Positions 1 through 11,170 of a stretch of 64,000 bases of DNA are shown piece by piece. Position numbers and translations under genes: made by a program. The notes below the pieces were generated by a model. That model worked only from the letters and a program-made list of their open reading frames with translations. It did not search any database and was not told the DNA's origin. Numbering within the stretch: position 1 is the stretch's first letter; each line of letters begins with the position of its first letter. This DNA comes from Neoconidiobolus thromboides FSU 785 (lineage: Eukaryota > Fungi > Entomophthoromycota): NCBI GenBank assembly GCA_025603075.1, contig MU626367.1, positions 10,261-74,260 on the forward strand, given 5' to 3'.

Positions 1-54
1 TTCCGTCGCCTTTCTCCTAGTGAAGTTAAGGATTATTTAGCTACTTCAAATTAA
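1..54 (+). CDS. PRE8: 3' end of 20S proteasome subunit alpha type-2 (partial, gene starts before the window)
   Basis: Bases 1-54 translate to FRRLSPSEVKDYLATSN*, matching the PSMA2/Pre8 C-terminus (FRRLTPTEVKDYL-type). Only 17 residues are visible. Confidence 0.7.
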   Translation, partial: FRRLSPSEVKDYLATSN

Positions 55-669
55 GTGATTAAATTGGCTATACTTTTTCCGGTTATTTTTAATATATATT
101 TGGTAAAATTATTAATAGTTAAGTTGATCTATGCTTTAAATGTTTTGAATTGTAAGATTAAACGATAATCTTTATTTTTTGTTGAATCTAAATGTTGATA
201 AAGCTTGGTTTTATTATTATAAATATCAATATACTACATAAAATCATCATATTCTATATATGTATAATATCGTAGTATATTGTTTTTAGTATATAATTTT
301 GTATATTTTAATATATTAGATATTATACCAATAAAAAAAATGAAATAGGTATTATTATCAAAAATCTACTTGCAAATTCATGTCTATTTTTGTTATCAAT
401 TCAGACCATTATTTAGATTGTTTACATGGTTTAATTCCTTCAAAGCTATTATTGTATATAGTAATTTGAATATTCAAAGCTAATAACTATATAACTAAAT
501 AAGCTTACACTTTATTATACACTTTAAACCAAGAATTCAAACCAATTAAATAATTAACAATAACAAAGCACAATTAAGTAATATTAGAAATGAACCCATC
601 ATGACGTAAAGTAATAAAAAACTATAAATAAAATGCTAAGTGAAAATAAACTTTAAAAGATTTTAAAAA

Positions 670-1091
670 ATGAGATTATTACGTTTATTACCCAAGATAT
701 CAACAGTGAGAGTAAGCAAGATGGGCAAGTTACAAATGATTTATGGTGTCAATCGAATAAGCATTGAAGGCTTCAAATCCAAAATTGAAGATCCAGCTGA
801 AAATAGAATCTTTGACATTATTAAGAAGGTGCAGGGCATAGATAAAGAGGTAATCGATAAAAAAGTAATTCAAATAAAACACATTTATAATCTCTATCTT
901 GATAGTTAAAACCCAATATGGAGTTATCTAAAGACTTGGGAGTGAACTCTAGTAATTTAGTTCCATTTCTTAATGCTTTAGAAAAGGAGCTACTCTTTAA
1001 TATTCCTATTGAGAAAGCTATCACTTTTACTACTCTTGCTGATCTCCTCAGATACCTTAGTGAATTGGAAGATAAAAGGGTTACAAAATAA
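670..1091 (+). CDS. Divergent mitochondrial acyl-carrier-protein-like protein (2 exons)
   Basis: Exon 1 670-864 (alternative in-frame donor after 849), intron ending TAG at 905, exon 2 906-1091 = LKPNMELSKDLGVNSSNLVPFLNALEKELLFNIPIEKAITFTTLADLLRYLSELEDKRVTK*. Aligns without gaps to exon 2 of the canonical ACP at 43613-44119, with a phase-0 intron in the same register. Basic, amphipathic N-terminus resembles a mitochondrial presequence. Confidence 0.7.
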
Positions 1092-1250
1092 ATGGTTATA
1101 TGTATTATGTAGTAAGATACTTGTATTTTATTTTGTTTTTATAAAATTTCAATATTGAAATCGATTCCATTTTAAACAAGAACTATTATTAGAATGATAA
1201 AAGATAAATTAATATTTAAATGTAGTTTATTATATTTTTGTAAAGAAAAT

Positions 1251-3309
1251 CTAAAGTTTAGCTTTTTCACTAGCAGCAAATACGGCTCTAATAAGCTCCA
1301 AAGATTTATGAAGTGAATCAGCCATAGCATTCACATCGGGTGTGATATAACCATCATTTGTATTATTTACTGGCTTAATAGCTGTAACATTAAATTGAAT
1401 TGCATCTTTTTTAATCATATAGGCAATACCATAACCATCAGGTACAACTTCACCCCAACCATAACCATCAAAGTGTTCAGAACTTAATTGAGAAGTAGAT
1501 AAGTTCCAATGGCTAGTAAAAGTATAAGAAGGGTCTTTGAATAGTTCTGGTACAGGTTCATCCTTATTTACGCTAAGTTTAAGACCTAATAAATGTCTAT
1601 CAACTCCTTTACCTTCTACAGCATCAGAAATATAAGCTACATGGGATTGAATTGCCTTTAAAACTAATTCATGTTTTTGTTTTAAACTTAATTGATCATT
1701 AACCATTCCTTTACAAAAAGCAACACTATCTTCAGATACAGTTCTACAAACTTCAGTACGTCCAGAATGGAATCTTCTTGTAGTAGCCGATTCATAAGTA
1801 GGTCCAAATTTACCATGTAAAAGATAAAAGGCTAATTGAATTACCATTTGAGCATAGGCATCCGGACTAACCTTAAATTTTTTAATACTATTTTTACCAT
1901 AGCTTGATTTAACCACTTTTAGATCATGTTTATTAATTAAATTATTAAAAGCAACTTCGGATTCCTTAATAATAGTTTGAATATCATTATTTAGTTCAAA
2001 TTTTAATTCTGTTGGTGGTAATAATCCTTCTTTATTGAAAGAAGTACCATGGTTGACTTGTTTTTTAGTTAAAACAGTATTGACATAATCATTTAAACGA
2101 CAAGTTGGAGTACCATCCATTCTTGAATGCTAAAGTAAATAATTATTATTAAACTGTATTAAGTATAATAAAATAAGCTTACTTCTCCGTTGAAACCAGC
2201 TACCCCATTTTCAAATACAATAAATTGAAGTGATTTATCAAAAAATCTGTTTTTACCATCTCCGTGCCAGCAAGCTCTAGAAGCCTCATCTTTATTAGCA
2301 GGTGAAGTTTCATCCAAACATAAAAGGAAAGAAGCAGATTCAACAGCATTTAATGATTCTGAATTTTTTTTAGAATGTTGAAGCAACTTATTACGTGCCT
2401 AAATAAATAAATAAATAAACTGATAGTTAAAAGAAATGCCAATAAACTTACATCTAACCAGATATCCCTATTTTGAGTAGTAAGAAGACCAATAGGATTT
2501 GGATCTGCTTTATCACCAGCTAATTCAATAATTTGACTTAATTGATAATCAATTTCTTTGGTAGATAATCGTTGACCATTTTTATTATTTAATTCCAATT
2601 TAAAAAATTTGTTTTTTCTAGCTACAATCACATGTTGATTCTTTTCCATATCAAAAGTTTCAACATAATCCGAACCTTCTGCTGGGATACGAGTAGCATT
2701 AAACATGTATTTATAGGTGGACATGCATAATGGTCCTTTACGATCTTTCTCTGGTTCTAGTTCTTCACTTACAACTAAATCTTTAAATTGTAAAGCAGCT
2801 TGAATAATCTCTGCACCTCTGGTAGTATTCTTAATTTGACTTGGTAGCATATTATAAACATAAAAATAAGATACATAAATAACAACTGGATCACGATACG
2901 AAAAATAAGCTATATCATTCCACCAAGCATCTAACCAGTTTAAAATAGATTCATTTGAAGCCCTAGCTTGTAATCTCTTTTGTAGTTCGGGTCCAACTTC
3001 GTTTTGAAACTTTTCAACTACTTTTAAAGTATTTTGATATTGCTCTTCAGATACCAATGGTTTAACAGTTTTAATATATTTCTTTAATGTAGCCTCTAAT
3101 TCAGGAACTGGAAGTTTTGGTAAACTATTTTGAAATTGATATAATGGTTTAGTTATTTCTGGAGTAGAGGTAGTAGCAGCTGCTAAGTTTAAATTGACTT
3201 TGGAAGTGCTCATAGTTCTAATTAAATTTCTAAAAATAAAGGAATTCAACATTTACATTAAAATATTATTCATTTTAACTTACCTGCTCTTTAAAAGGGT
3301 ACGTAACAT
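1251..3309 (-). CDS. CAT2: Carnitine O-acetyltransferase (4 exons), mitochondrial presequence plus PTS1
   Basis: Exons 3309-3284, 3229-2452, 2398-2183, 2129-1251 join in frame at GT-AG junctions. Motifs LPKLPVPELEATL, catalytic GEHSRMDGTP, TYESATTRRF, GVDRHLLGL; C-terminal -AKL. Confidence 0.92.
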
Positions 3310-3795
3310 TAAGCTTTTACTTTTTTTTAAATAAAAGACTTCGAGTAGATTTTCATGAGCTCTTTTTATTGCTCAACTGTGTCTCTTTTTCAATTGAAAG
3401 CACATGATCGAAAAATCTCTATATTAATTAAGCAACTTACCCAAAAATTTTCAAAAGAGCAGATGACCTCAATCCACCGCATAAACTCCAACCAATTATG
3501 CAGAACCTCAGTATGCAAGTTGTTTATTTATTGGTTGGAGTATAAGCTTCATCTTTAGCCGAGTTTAAACCCTAAAAATTAGAAACTTTAATGGATTAAA
3601 AATGCGAGCTTAAATGGTGTAAACTAGTTGAGTTTGGTAATATGCTAATTATATACGGAATGAGAAAACCCCTTCGATTGTAAGTTGGTGGGACTATTAT
3701 CCAGGATAATAGTGTAAGAGTGTTGTTTTTTTCGAAAATCATCATCTTAAATTTATGATTGTTTAAAAACAAAAATATCTATTAAATTAACAAAT

Positions 3796-3893
3796 GGGGA
3801 TGTATTTTTGTATTTAAGAATTTTACTAGCAATTTTTCCACTTAAATAACGCTTAAAAGATGTAAAAATAATGAAATCAAAAAAAACATCCCC
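3796..3893 (+). mobile_element. ~97-bp MITE copy 1 (Sola-like family)
   Basis: GGGGATGT...ACATCCCC termini; flanking 4-bp direct repeat AAAT. Confidence 0.85.
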
Positions 3894-4553
3894 AAATAAA
3901 ACACTACTTTTTTAATTAGTTTGGTCATGTTTTGAAGCCTAAAATTTAAAAAAATTTGAATGATCCAGACTAAACGTGACCAAATTTTTTAGTTTGAATT
4001 CTTTTAAGGCTTAAATCATACTATTTTTATAGTATTATCAAAAGTTTGATAAAAATAATAAAAAGTTTAAACGCACTTACTTTAAACCATTAGCAGTGAA
4101 ATAACAAAACAAAAGTGATTCCCACATTATTTTTAACAACTGTACAGGGTGTAATTTCGATGGATGAAATTCTTAAGCTCTATATTAATTGCATTAAGTT
4201 TCCTTTGATATTAAAATTAACTCATGTACTTAAACTAATAATGAAATATTTGATTAAAGATTAATATTTTATGTTTTATATTTTATGTATTCTATTTTTT
4301 ATTTTTCAACTACTACAATAAATGGTGTCTCATGTTTAACAAATTTGCTGATTATTAAACAGAAGTTTAGTTTTATGGACCAAACTAAATTAGCACTGCT
4401 TTTAATGATTTATGTATTATAAAATATCAAGCATTGAGAATTTATAAAATCTGTTTGAAATTTATCTTTTGCAAATTGTATATTTAAAAAACATCATTAA
4501 AAATCTACGAATTGAACATAATGAATTATTTATTATACTTTTAAATTAAAAGA

Positions 4554-7500
4554 TTAGGCATGTACTAATTCGTGGTTAAAGATAGGGATGGAAGGAGCAG
4601 GGGCCTTGGTTGGAAACTCCTTAGCTAGATTAGAATCATAGACGAAACCATTAAGTACAACCTTCTCAATCTTTCTAGAGTTATCAATAGATTTGAGTGG
4701 TGAATTTTCACTCTTATAAATAACCAAATCAGCTAAGAAACCAGGCTTAAGTTGACCAACACCATGGAGACCAAGGGATTGAGCAGGGTTACGAGTGGCA
4801 ACTTTAAGTACTTCATAATTGGTAAGGTTACCTTGAGAAAAGAATTTTAACTCCCAATGATAACCAACGCCCTTTCTTTGTCCATGAGCACCTGCATTGA
4901 CAAGACCGCCTTGGCGGATGACATCACGAGTAGAACGAGCAATTTCAAAATGAACATAATCCCTATCATCAGCAGCTGGTCTACGGAATGTATCAGCTTC
5001 AAGTGGACGAAGTGGATGGAATTCTCTAAGATTACTTTCTTCCCATACATTGGTATTTTGGTAAGCCCAGTTTTCACCCATAATACCACCATAAGATACA
5101 ATAAGAGTTGGGGTCCAAGCAGTACCAGCTTTAGCAAATAATTGGATGATATCTTGATAAATAGTACCACTTGGAAGAGAATGCTCAATAGTGGTATGGC
5201 CATCAATAATTTGATTAATATTCCAATAACCATTCATACCGCCTTCAGGTACAACAGTAACACCAAGTTTTCTAGCAGCTTCAAGAACCATTTGACGGGC
5301 TGAACGGGCAGGTTGATTGTAAGATTTTACTGACCAAGCACCATATGATTTATGGCGACGAAGAGCAGATAAAGCGTCTTCAATAGAGTTAATTTCAACT
5401 CTATAAGGACCAGCAGCACCATAAAGAATAGAACCAGTACCAAATAATCTTGGAGCAACCAATCTACCGGAGCGCTCATAATCTTGTTCAACATAATTAT
5501 CAACATTATCATAAGATGGGTTGTGTTGAGTAGTAACACCGTAAGCAAGTTGAAGTTGCTGTTCCCAATGGCCTTGAACTGGGAATTGAGGAGTATTCCA
5601 ATGGGCATGAGCATCGATGAAACCTGGAACTACAACACCACCATTGAGGTTATAAACTTTAGCATTTTGTGGAATTTTAGTATCCCAGGTTCTACCAACG
5701 GAAAGAATTTTATTGCCTTTAACTACAAGACGACCGTCTTTAATGATATCTTTCTTTTCATCTCCAGTTTGCATAGTAACAATAACAGCATTATCAAGAA
5801 CAAATACATCGTCATCACTTGGTTTGTTGGTTTTAAGGACAACTGAAAGATCGTGCTTCTTTAATAAGTCTTTAGCACAATCAGCACCAAATTTATTGGT
5901 ATCTTGAGCAGCAACGGCACCACATTTAGCTTGAACGGCGGCGATATCAGCTTCATATAAAGAAGAACCTAAAAGATAATAGACCCTTCCATTACTAATG
6001 ATAGGGTATTCACCACCATCAGAGGTAAGTCTAACAACATCTTTTGGTTGAGAACCAGGTTTAGACCAATAAACGAATTTTGGATCAGCTGAAGCTGAAG
6101 AAAGGAAAACATGATGATATTGGTTGAAAATAAATTTGGAAGCGTCGAAAGATACATCTGATCCTTGGTAAGAGTCTTTAACTGAACCATAGCTGACTGA
6201 TTCTTGAGTATTGATATCAAAGATATATGGGCTGTTTGTAACACCAGAAATCTTTAATTTTTTGCCATCAGCAGAGAACTTAGCTTGAGCAGATTCGAAT
6301 GGAATGTTTAATTTGAAAGAGTCTTTAACAAGTTGGTAGCTTGAATCAATTTGACCAATGTATACACCTGGTTTAGTAGTATATAAAGAGTTCCCTGAAA
6401 TGTCATCACCGGATGATTTGGTTACAGCAATAGATTTACTGTCATGAGATAAAGAAAAAAAGTCATATCTACCAGGTGGTAATTTTACTTCAGAAACAAC
6501 CTTGTTTTGTTTGAGATCAAGGATTTCAACAGTGGTCATGTTTTTGTCACTCCATCTTCCTTGGATAACGATGTTAGAGTCAGTAGGATGGAAGTTAGGG
6601 CTATAGCGATTTTGTTCTGAACTTGGAAGTTTAATTTCCTCAATCTTTCCACTTTCTAAATCTTTGACATAAGTTTTTCCAACAACTACAAAGACTACTT
6701 TTTTTCCGTCATGAGAAACATCATAATATTTGACAGCAGCGTTTTTGAATTCACCATTACAATTAAAGTCAACTAAATCAATCTTTGGACGAACAGTTTC
6801 AGCAATGTCTAAGTTAACATCAACTTCAAAAGGAATTTCCTTAATTGGTCTAGAGTCAACTGGGACATTCCAAAGCTTTCCTTTAGCCCAAATAATGATA
6901 GATTGATCATCTTTGGTCCATGAAAAACGAGGATAGACACCGTTGGAAGCGCTAGATTCTTGGTTATCACGGGATAAACCTTCCCAGAGAATTTTCTCAT
7001 TACCAGTTTCGAGTTCGCGTACAACTAATCCCCAATTAAATTCAATTTTACGTACAAAGGCCAAATATTTGCCACTGTTGGATGGAGTAGGACGAGCAGC
7101 ACCACCAGTTCCGCCAGTAACGGTTTCCTTTTCTTGGGAAGTAGTATTAAAGGAGTAAATGTTAAAGATACCCTTATGTGGGTCTTTACTATATTGCCAT
7201 CTGCCCTTATCAACGCTATTACCAGAGTAATAAATAAGGTCAGGGTGATTAGGGTCATAAATTGGCTCTTCAACACCTACTTGTTCATTAACAGCACCAA
7301 TTAATTTGGTAGCTTTCTTTGTTGCAAGATCATATTCATGGATAGTACCAGCTGGAATGGAACGTGAAGAAGTATACCATTTGACACCAACAACTTTATC
7401 ACCCTTTGGAGACCAATGACCATTAGTAACAAAACGGTAATTTTCATTACTGATTTGAGTTGGGTTACTCTTACCATCTCTATCAACAGTCCAAAGATTA

Positions 7501-7931
7501 TCAATTCCAGAGCGATCTGAAGTGAATAAAATACGTTTACCATCTTTAGAGTATTTAGCTTGAACTTCAAAAGAAGGACCAGTAAGGAGAGGTTTAGCTT
7601 TCCCACCAGTTACTGGGAGGGTGTAGATATCACCAAGAACATCAAAAAGAAGCTCACCACCATCTGGACTGACATCAACATTAACCCAGGTAGCTTCTTT
7701 AACTTTATAGCCAAGTTTTTTATTCAAGGATTTTTTAATGTCCCATTCACCAAGTGGACGAAGTGGGAGTTCATCATTGTCTTTACCAGCTTTACCGTCA
7801 TCAGCTTGAGGACCAGCATTACTGACAGTCTCTGGAGAGTAATGATCACCAAATTGACCAGTACCGTGTGAAAGTACTAATCCAATACTTCCACCTAACA
7901 AATATATTACAGAGGGATTAAATTTCACCAT
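4554..7931 (-). CDS. Secreted amidohydrolase-family protein with N-terminal TolB/PD40-like beta-propellers (1125 aa, intronless)
   Basis: Hydrophobic N-terminal signal; repeated propeller blades (VDVSPDGGELLFD, YSKDGKRILFTSDRSG, WSPKGDKVV); C-terminal TIM-barrel motifs PGFIDAHAH, KSYNQP, PEGG, DGHTTIEH, GAHGQ, LKPGFLADLVI. Confidence 0.88.
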   Translation of the reverse strand: MVKFNPSVIYLLGGSIGLVLSHGTGQFGDHYSPETVSNAGPQADDGKAGKDNDELPLRPLGEWDIKKSLNKKLGYKVKEATWVNVDVSPDGGELLFDVLGDIYTLPVTGGKAKPLLTGPSFEVQAKYSKDGKRILFTSDRSGIDNLWTVDRDGKSNPTQISNENYRFVTNGHWSPKGDKVVGVKWYTSSRSIPAGTIHEYDLATKKATKLIGAVNEQVGVEEPIYDPNHPDLIYYSGNSVDKGRWQYSKDPHKGIFNIYSFNTTSQEKETVTGGTGGAARPTPSNSGKYLAFVRKIEFNWGLVVRELETGNEKILWEGLSRDNQESSASNGVYPRFSWTKDDQSIIIWAKGKLWNVPVDSRPIKEIPFEVDVNLDIAETVRPKIDLVDFNCNGEFKNAAVKYYDVSHDGKKVVFVVVGKTYVKDLESGKIEEIKLPSSEQNRYSPNFHPTDSNIVIQGRWSDKNMTTVEILDLKQNKVVSEVKLPPGRYDFFSLSHDSKSIAVTKSSGDDISGNSLYTTKPGVYIGQIDSSYQLVKDSFKLNIPFESAQAKFSADGKKLKISGVTNSPYIFDINTQESVSYGSVKDSYQGSDVSFDASKFIFNQYHHVFLSSASADPKFVYWSKPGSQPKDVVRLTSDGGEYPIISNGRVYYLLGSSLYEADIAAVQAKCGAVAAQDTNKFGADCAKDLLKKHDLSVVLKTNKPSDDDVFVLDNAVIVTMQTGDEKKDIIKDGRLVVKGNKILSVGRTWDTKIPQNAKVYNLNGGVVVPGFIDAHAHWNTPQFPVQGHWEQQLQLAYGVTTQHNPSYDNVDNYVEQDYERSGRLVAPRLFGTGSILYGAAGPYRVEINSIEDALSALRRHKSYGAWSVKSYNQPARSARQMVLEAARKLGVTVVPEGGMNGYWNINQIIDGHTTIEHSLPSGTIYQDIIQLFAKAGTAWTPTLIVSYGGIMGENWAYQNTNVWEESNLREFHPLRPLEADTFRRPAADDRDYVHFEIARSTRDVIRQGGLVNAGAHGQRKGVGYHWELKFFSQGNLTNYEVLKVATRNPAQSLGLHGVGQLKPGFLADLVIYKSENSPLKSIDNSRKIEKVVLNGFVYDSNLAKEFPTKAPAPSIPIFNHELVHA

Positions 7932-9165
7932 ATTAAAAAAAGCTATATATTAATGAGATATACAAAGGATAAAAAAAATTAGATAGATTCAAACTAAAGG
8001 TTTGTTTTCCATTAGATTGCTATTTCAGACACTTATATATCCATCTTTTATTAGGCAAGATTTTTTTAACTGTGTAATATTAGGTATGATTTAAATAAGA
8101 AATCAAATGACTTAAATAATTTACTACTTTTAGCTCAAAAATCTCGTATTTGACAACAAATGACTTTCAAGTCTTCGATAGATTATATTGGCGTAATCAA
8201 ATGATGTAGTTTTTGAGAATAATTAGAAATCGAATATTCAAATTTCGAAAACATAGGAATAATAGGCAAGAAGATATATTATTCTTTAACTGTGAAAGCG
8301 CTTTTTTTCATCTTCTTGAACCTTCTATAGAGAGTATTGATACTATACTCAACCATTAAATTATATAATCTATCTCTACTCATCAGATCGTTATATTCTA
8401 TAAAAGCTTGATAACTAAAAATATCTTGTTTGTTTTTTAGACTCGTGATCTCCCACCTGAACAAAAAAATATTAGTTCCTAAGCTTAAAGGTAAAAAAAT
8501 AGTCAATAAAACTCAATGGTTCGAAGAATTTAAAGAATAGTTAAAACTCAAATTAGAAATAATCGTCGAAAATTAAGATGGATATTGTATCATTCCTTTA
8601 TTAATTTATTCTTACTGTTTTCTCAATGTATTAATATGATTTTTAATTTAATACGTTTTTTATAAATGATATAGCTTTATTAAAACTGCCCAAAACAACA
8701 TAAAATTATTTTTAGTATCTTACATTTATTATTATATGTTTTATTTTTTACACGATATGAAGTTTATAATCTTTGAACATTTGTATGAAAATTTAATATT
8801 TATATAAAACATTGTATCCCTTTTTTCATATCATGATAAAGATTTTATATTACTAACAGAAGTTGCTGGACTTTTCTTAATTTATATATTTTATAACGTG
8901 CCTTTGAAGAAATTATAGGTATTTTTATGGTGTCATAATACAGTAAAAAAACGGAAGCTGGGAGGAGTTGATAATAATTCACATATTTAAAAACATTTAT
9001 ATCTTGTTACTTTTATTTAATCTTTTTAGCAAAACTGATTTTTTTAAAATTTTGAAAGTAAACTCCCGAGTGGTTTATTATTGGGGCTAAATAAAATTAT
9101 AAAGAAACTGAATAATAAATAAACGAGTGAAGGATGAGGGGAAGCAAGAGTGAGAAGGAGGATAT

Positions 9166-9266
9166 GCGGATGTATTTTTGTGTTTAAGAATTTTTCTGAT
9201 AATTTTTCCACTCAAATAATGCCACTTAAAAAATGGAAAAAGTAATGAAGCCAAAAAAACACCCCC
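9166..9266 (+). mobile_element. MITE copy 2
   Basis: GCGGATGT...ACACCCCC; TSD ATAT. Confidence 0.85.
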
Positions 9267-9945
9267 ATATTATGTTAAGATTAGAAAATTTGTTAATTTG
9301 GCGTTATTGAAAAACATTACTGATTTTAGTTTAGAAACGATAATAATTATAATTAAAATATTGGTTATAATTAACGATAATTATATTGAAATTGATAACA
9401 AAGTAAATGACGTTTAGTTTATAAACTTTAATAATGATTGTTTTAACCTCCTAAACATTGTAATTGCAACTAATATTAAATGTTGTTTTATTATAGAGTT
9501 AAAAAGTAAATAAATTTATACAAATTAAAACTTTTAATAAAAATGACTAGTAAAAAAACCCAAATAATTGTATTAAATTGAAAAATAACCAAAACAGAAC
9601 ATGATTATCATAATAAGTTCATGAAAATTAACAAACATCAATATAATTTTTTATTTTCATAAAGTATACATCATATTCATCGATGCTTATATATTCTCAG
9701 TTCTCTACCAAGATGAAAGAATAGGTCTAAATCTAATCATCGATTTAGGATACTAATTGAAATTTTCTATATTAAGTAAATAGTTCATTCACTGAAATAA
9801 AATATTAAAAATCAACTTGAAAGCTTTAGCTTGATTTATATTAACTATAGCAATAATTTTCTATATTAAATGACCTTTGAGCTTCTTTATTCTTACAATT
9901 ATGTAAATTAATAAAGACACTTAATCGCTTAGATCAAATATTTAC

Positions 9946-10473
9946 AAAAATAGTAGTTTTTCAATCGAGCATTTAACACTAAAACTGTGCGGTATTAATG
10001 TTCTTAATTATATGGGGCTATTTTTTTTTGTTTCATTATTTTTCCATTTTTTAAGCGCTATTTGAGCGGAAAGATTGTAGTAAAATTCTTAAACAAAAAA
10101 ATACACCCCCATATAGATAAAATTATTAGTAATGGCGAATAGGGCTAACAGCTACAAGGATTGAAAGTGCCACTATATTTGTTGAAACACTATTTGCATC
10201 AGAAGTAAAGAATATGTGTGTTGTTATTATTGGACAAAATGCATATTTAGATTATGCTTTAAAGGGCATAATGATAGTTGATAAGGAGCCTTTTAATATT
10301 GGAGGAATTAGCTTGGAAGAAACTGAAGATGTTATTAATGATAAGGATCTTTTAGCAATTTGAGAAAGATATAAAAATATTTTTGTTATCTTGATGAAAA
10401 TTATAGCTACTTTTTAGCAGATTTTGAATTTCTATTCTTGAAACATCATGATGAACAAACTTTTTACAATTGA
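9946..10473 (+). pseudogene. NmrA-like (isoflavone reductase-like) pseudogene fragment interrupted by MITE copy 3
   Basis: Translates to NSSFSIEHLTLKLCGINVLNYIDKIISNGE..LTATRIESATIFVETLFASEVKNMCVVIIGQNAYLDYALKGIMIVDKEPFNIGGISLEETEDVINDKD..CYLDENYSYFLADFEFLFLKHHDEQTFYN*, collinear with the C-terminal half of the intact gene at 21452-22409. Contains frameshifts and a stop. Confidence 0.85.
10014..10110 (-). mobile_element. MITE copy 3 (inside NmrA pseudogene)
   Basis: GGGGCTAT...ACACCCCC; TSD ATAT. Confidence 0.85.
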
Positions 10474-10686
10474 AAAAGACTTATAATTATAATTAATTAG
10501 TTCTTCCAAAAATTAGCTAAATATATCACATATATCAAATTTTGTTCCAATTTAAATCACCTATATTTCGTATAATACATACTAAATAAAAAATTACTTA
10601 ATTCATAAATATACAATTTTTTATCTGAAATGCTAGCGTAGCAATCATTGACATCACTCATCTACAATGTCCAGGATTCAAAATAT

Positions 10687-10783
10687 GGGAATGTTTTTTT
10701 GACTTCACTACTTTTTCCATCTTTTAAGCACTATTAAGCGGAAAATTTGTTAGTAAAATTCTTAAACACAAAAATACATCCCC
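10687..10783 (-). mobile_element. MITE copy 4
   Basis: GGGAATGT...ACATCCCC; TSD ATAT. Confidence 0.85.
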
Positions 10784-11098
10784 ATATCCTCAATAGGGGC
10801 TATATTGGTGTTTAATAACAAACTATGATGTAATACTTTTAAGTGATTTTTACATATTAATATATTTATAACGCGCTTTATATTTCGAAATAGAGTTAAT
10901 GACTTTATTGATGTTGAATATTTTAGACTTTTACGCTTTATTATTAAATCTATTGTATTTTTTTTCATATCATAAACCAAAGAGTTATTAAAAAAACATC
11001 GTAAAATATGATAAGACTGTTTTAATACAACTCTTGTACATTTTATTAATAAAGTGTAGGCATATAAATACATAATAATATACAGATTTCCATAATAT

Positions 11099-11170
11099 GG
11101 ATCCATGGTGTAATGGTTAGCACCCAAGGTTTTGATCCTTGTAATCCGAGTTCGATTCTCGGTGGGTCCT
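11099..11170 (+). tRNA. tRNA-Gln(TTG): tRNA-Gln (anticodon TTG)
   Basis: GGATCCATGGTGTAATGGTTAGCACCCAAGGTTTTGATCCTTGTAATCCGAGTTCGATTCTCGGTGGGTCCT: cloverleaf with anticodon stem CAAGG/CCTTG, TTCGA T-loop, T-rich tract downstream. Confidence 0.95.

Noticed and set aside
4143-4152. Tc1/pogo-like terminal words (TACAGGGTGT at 4143, TACAGGTGGAC near 11625, TACAGTGAAAT near 24420)
   Set aside because: No matching opposite end or transposase found.
4847-7871. About a dozen short ORFs overlapping the amidohydrolase on both strands
   Set aside because: Shadow frames of one strongly biased long CDS; no independent motifs.
10762-11127. ORFs 10762-11127 (-) and 20374-20586 (+) sharing the peptide LGANHYTMDPY
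   Set aside because: The shared peptide is simply the antisense translation of the two identical tRNA-Gln genes.
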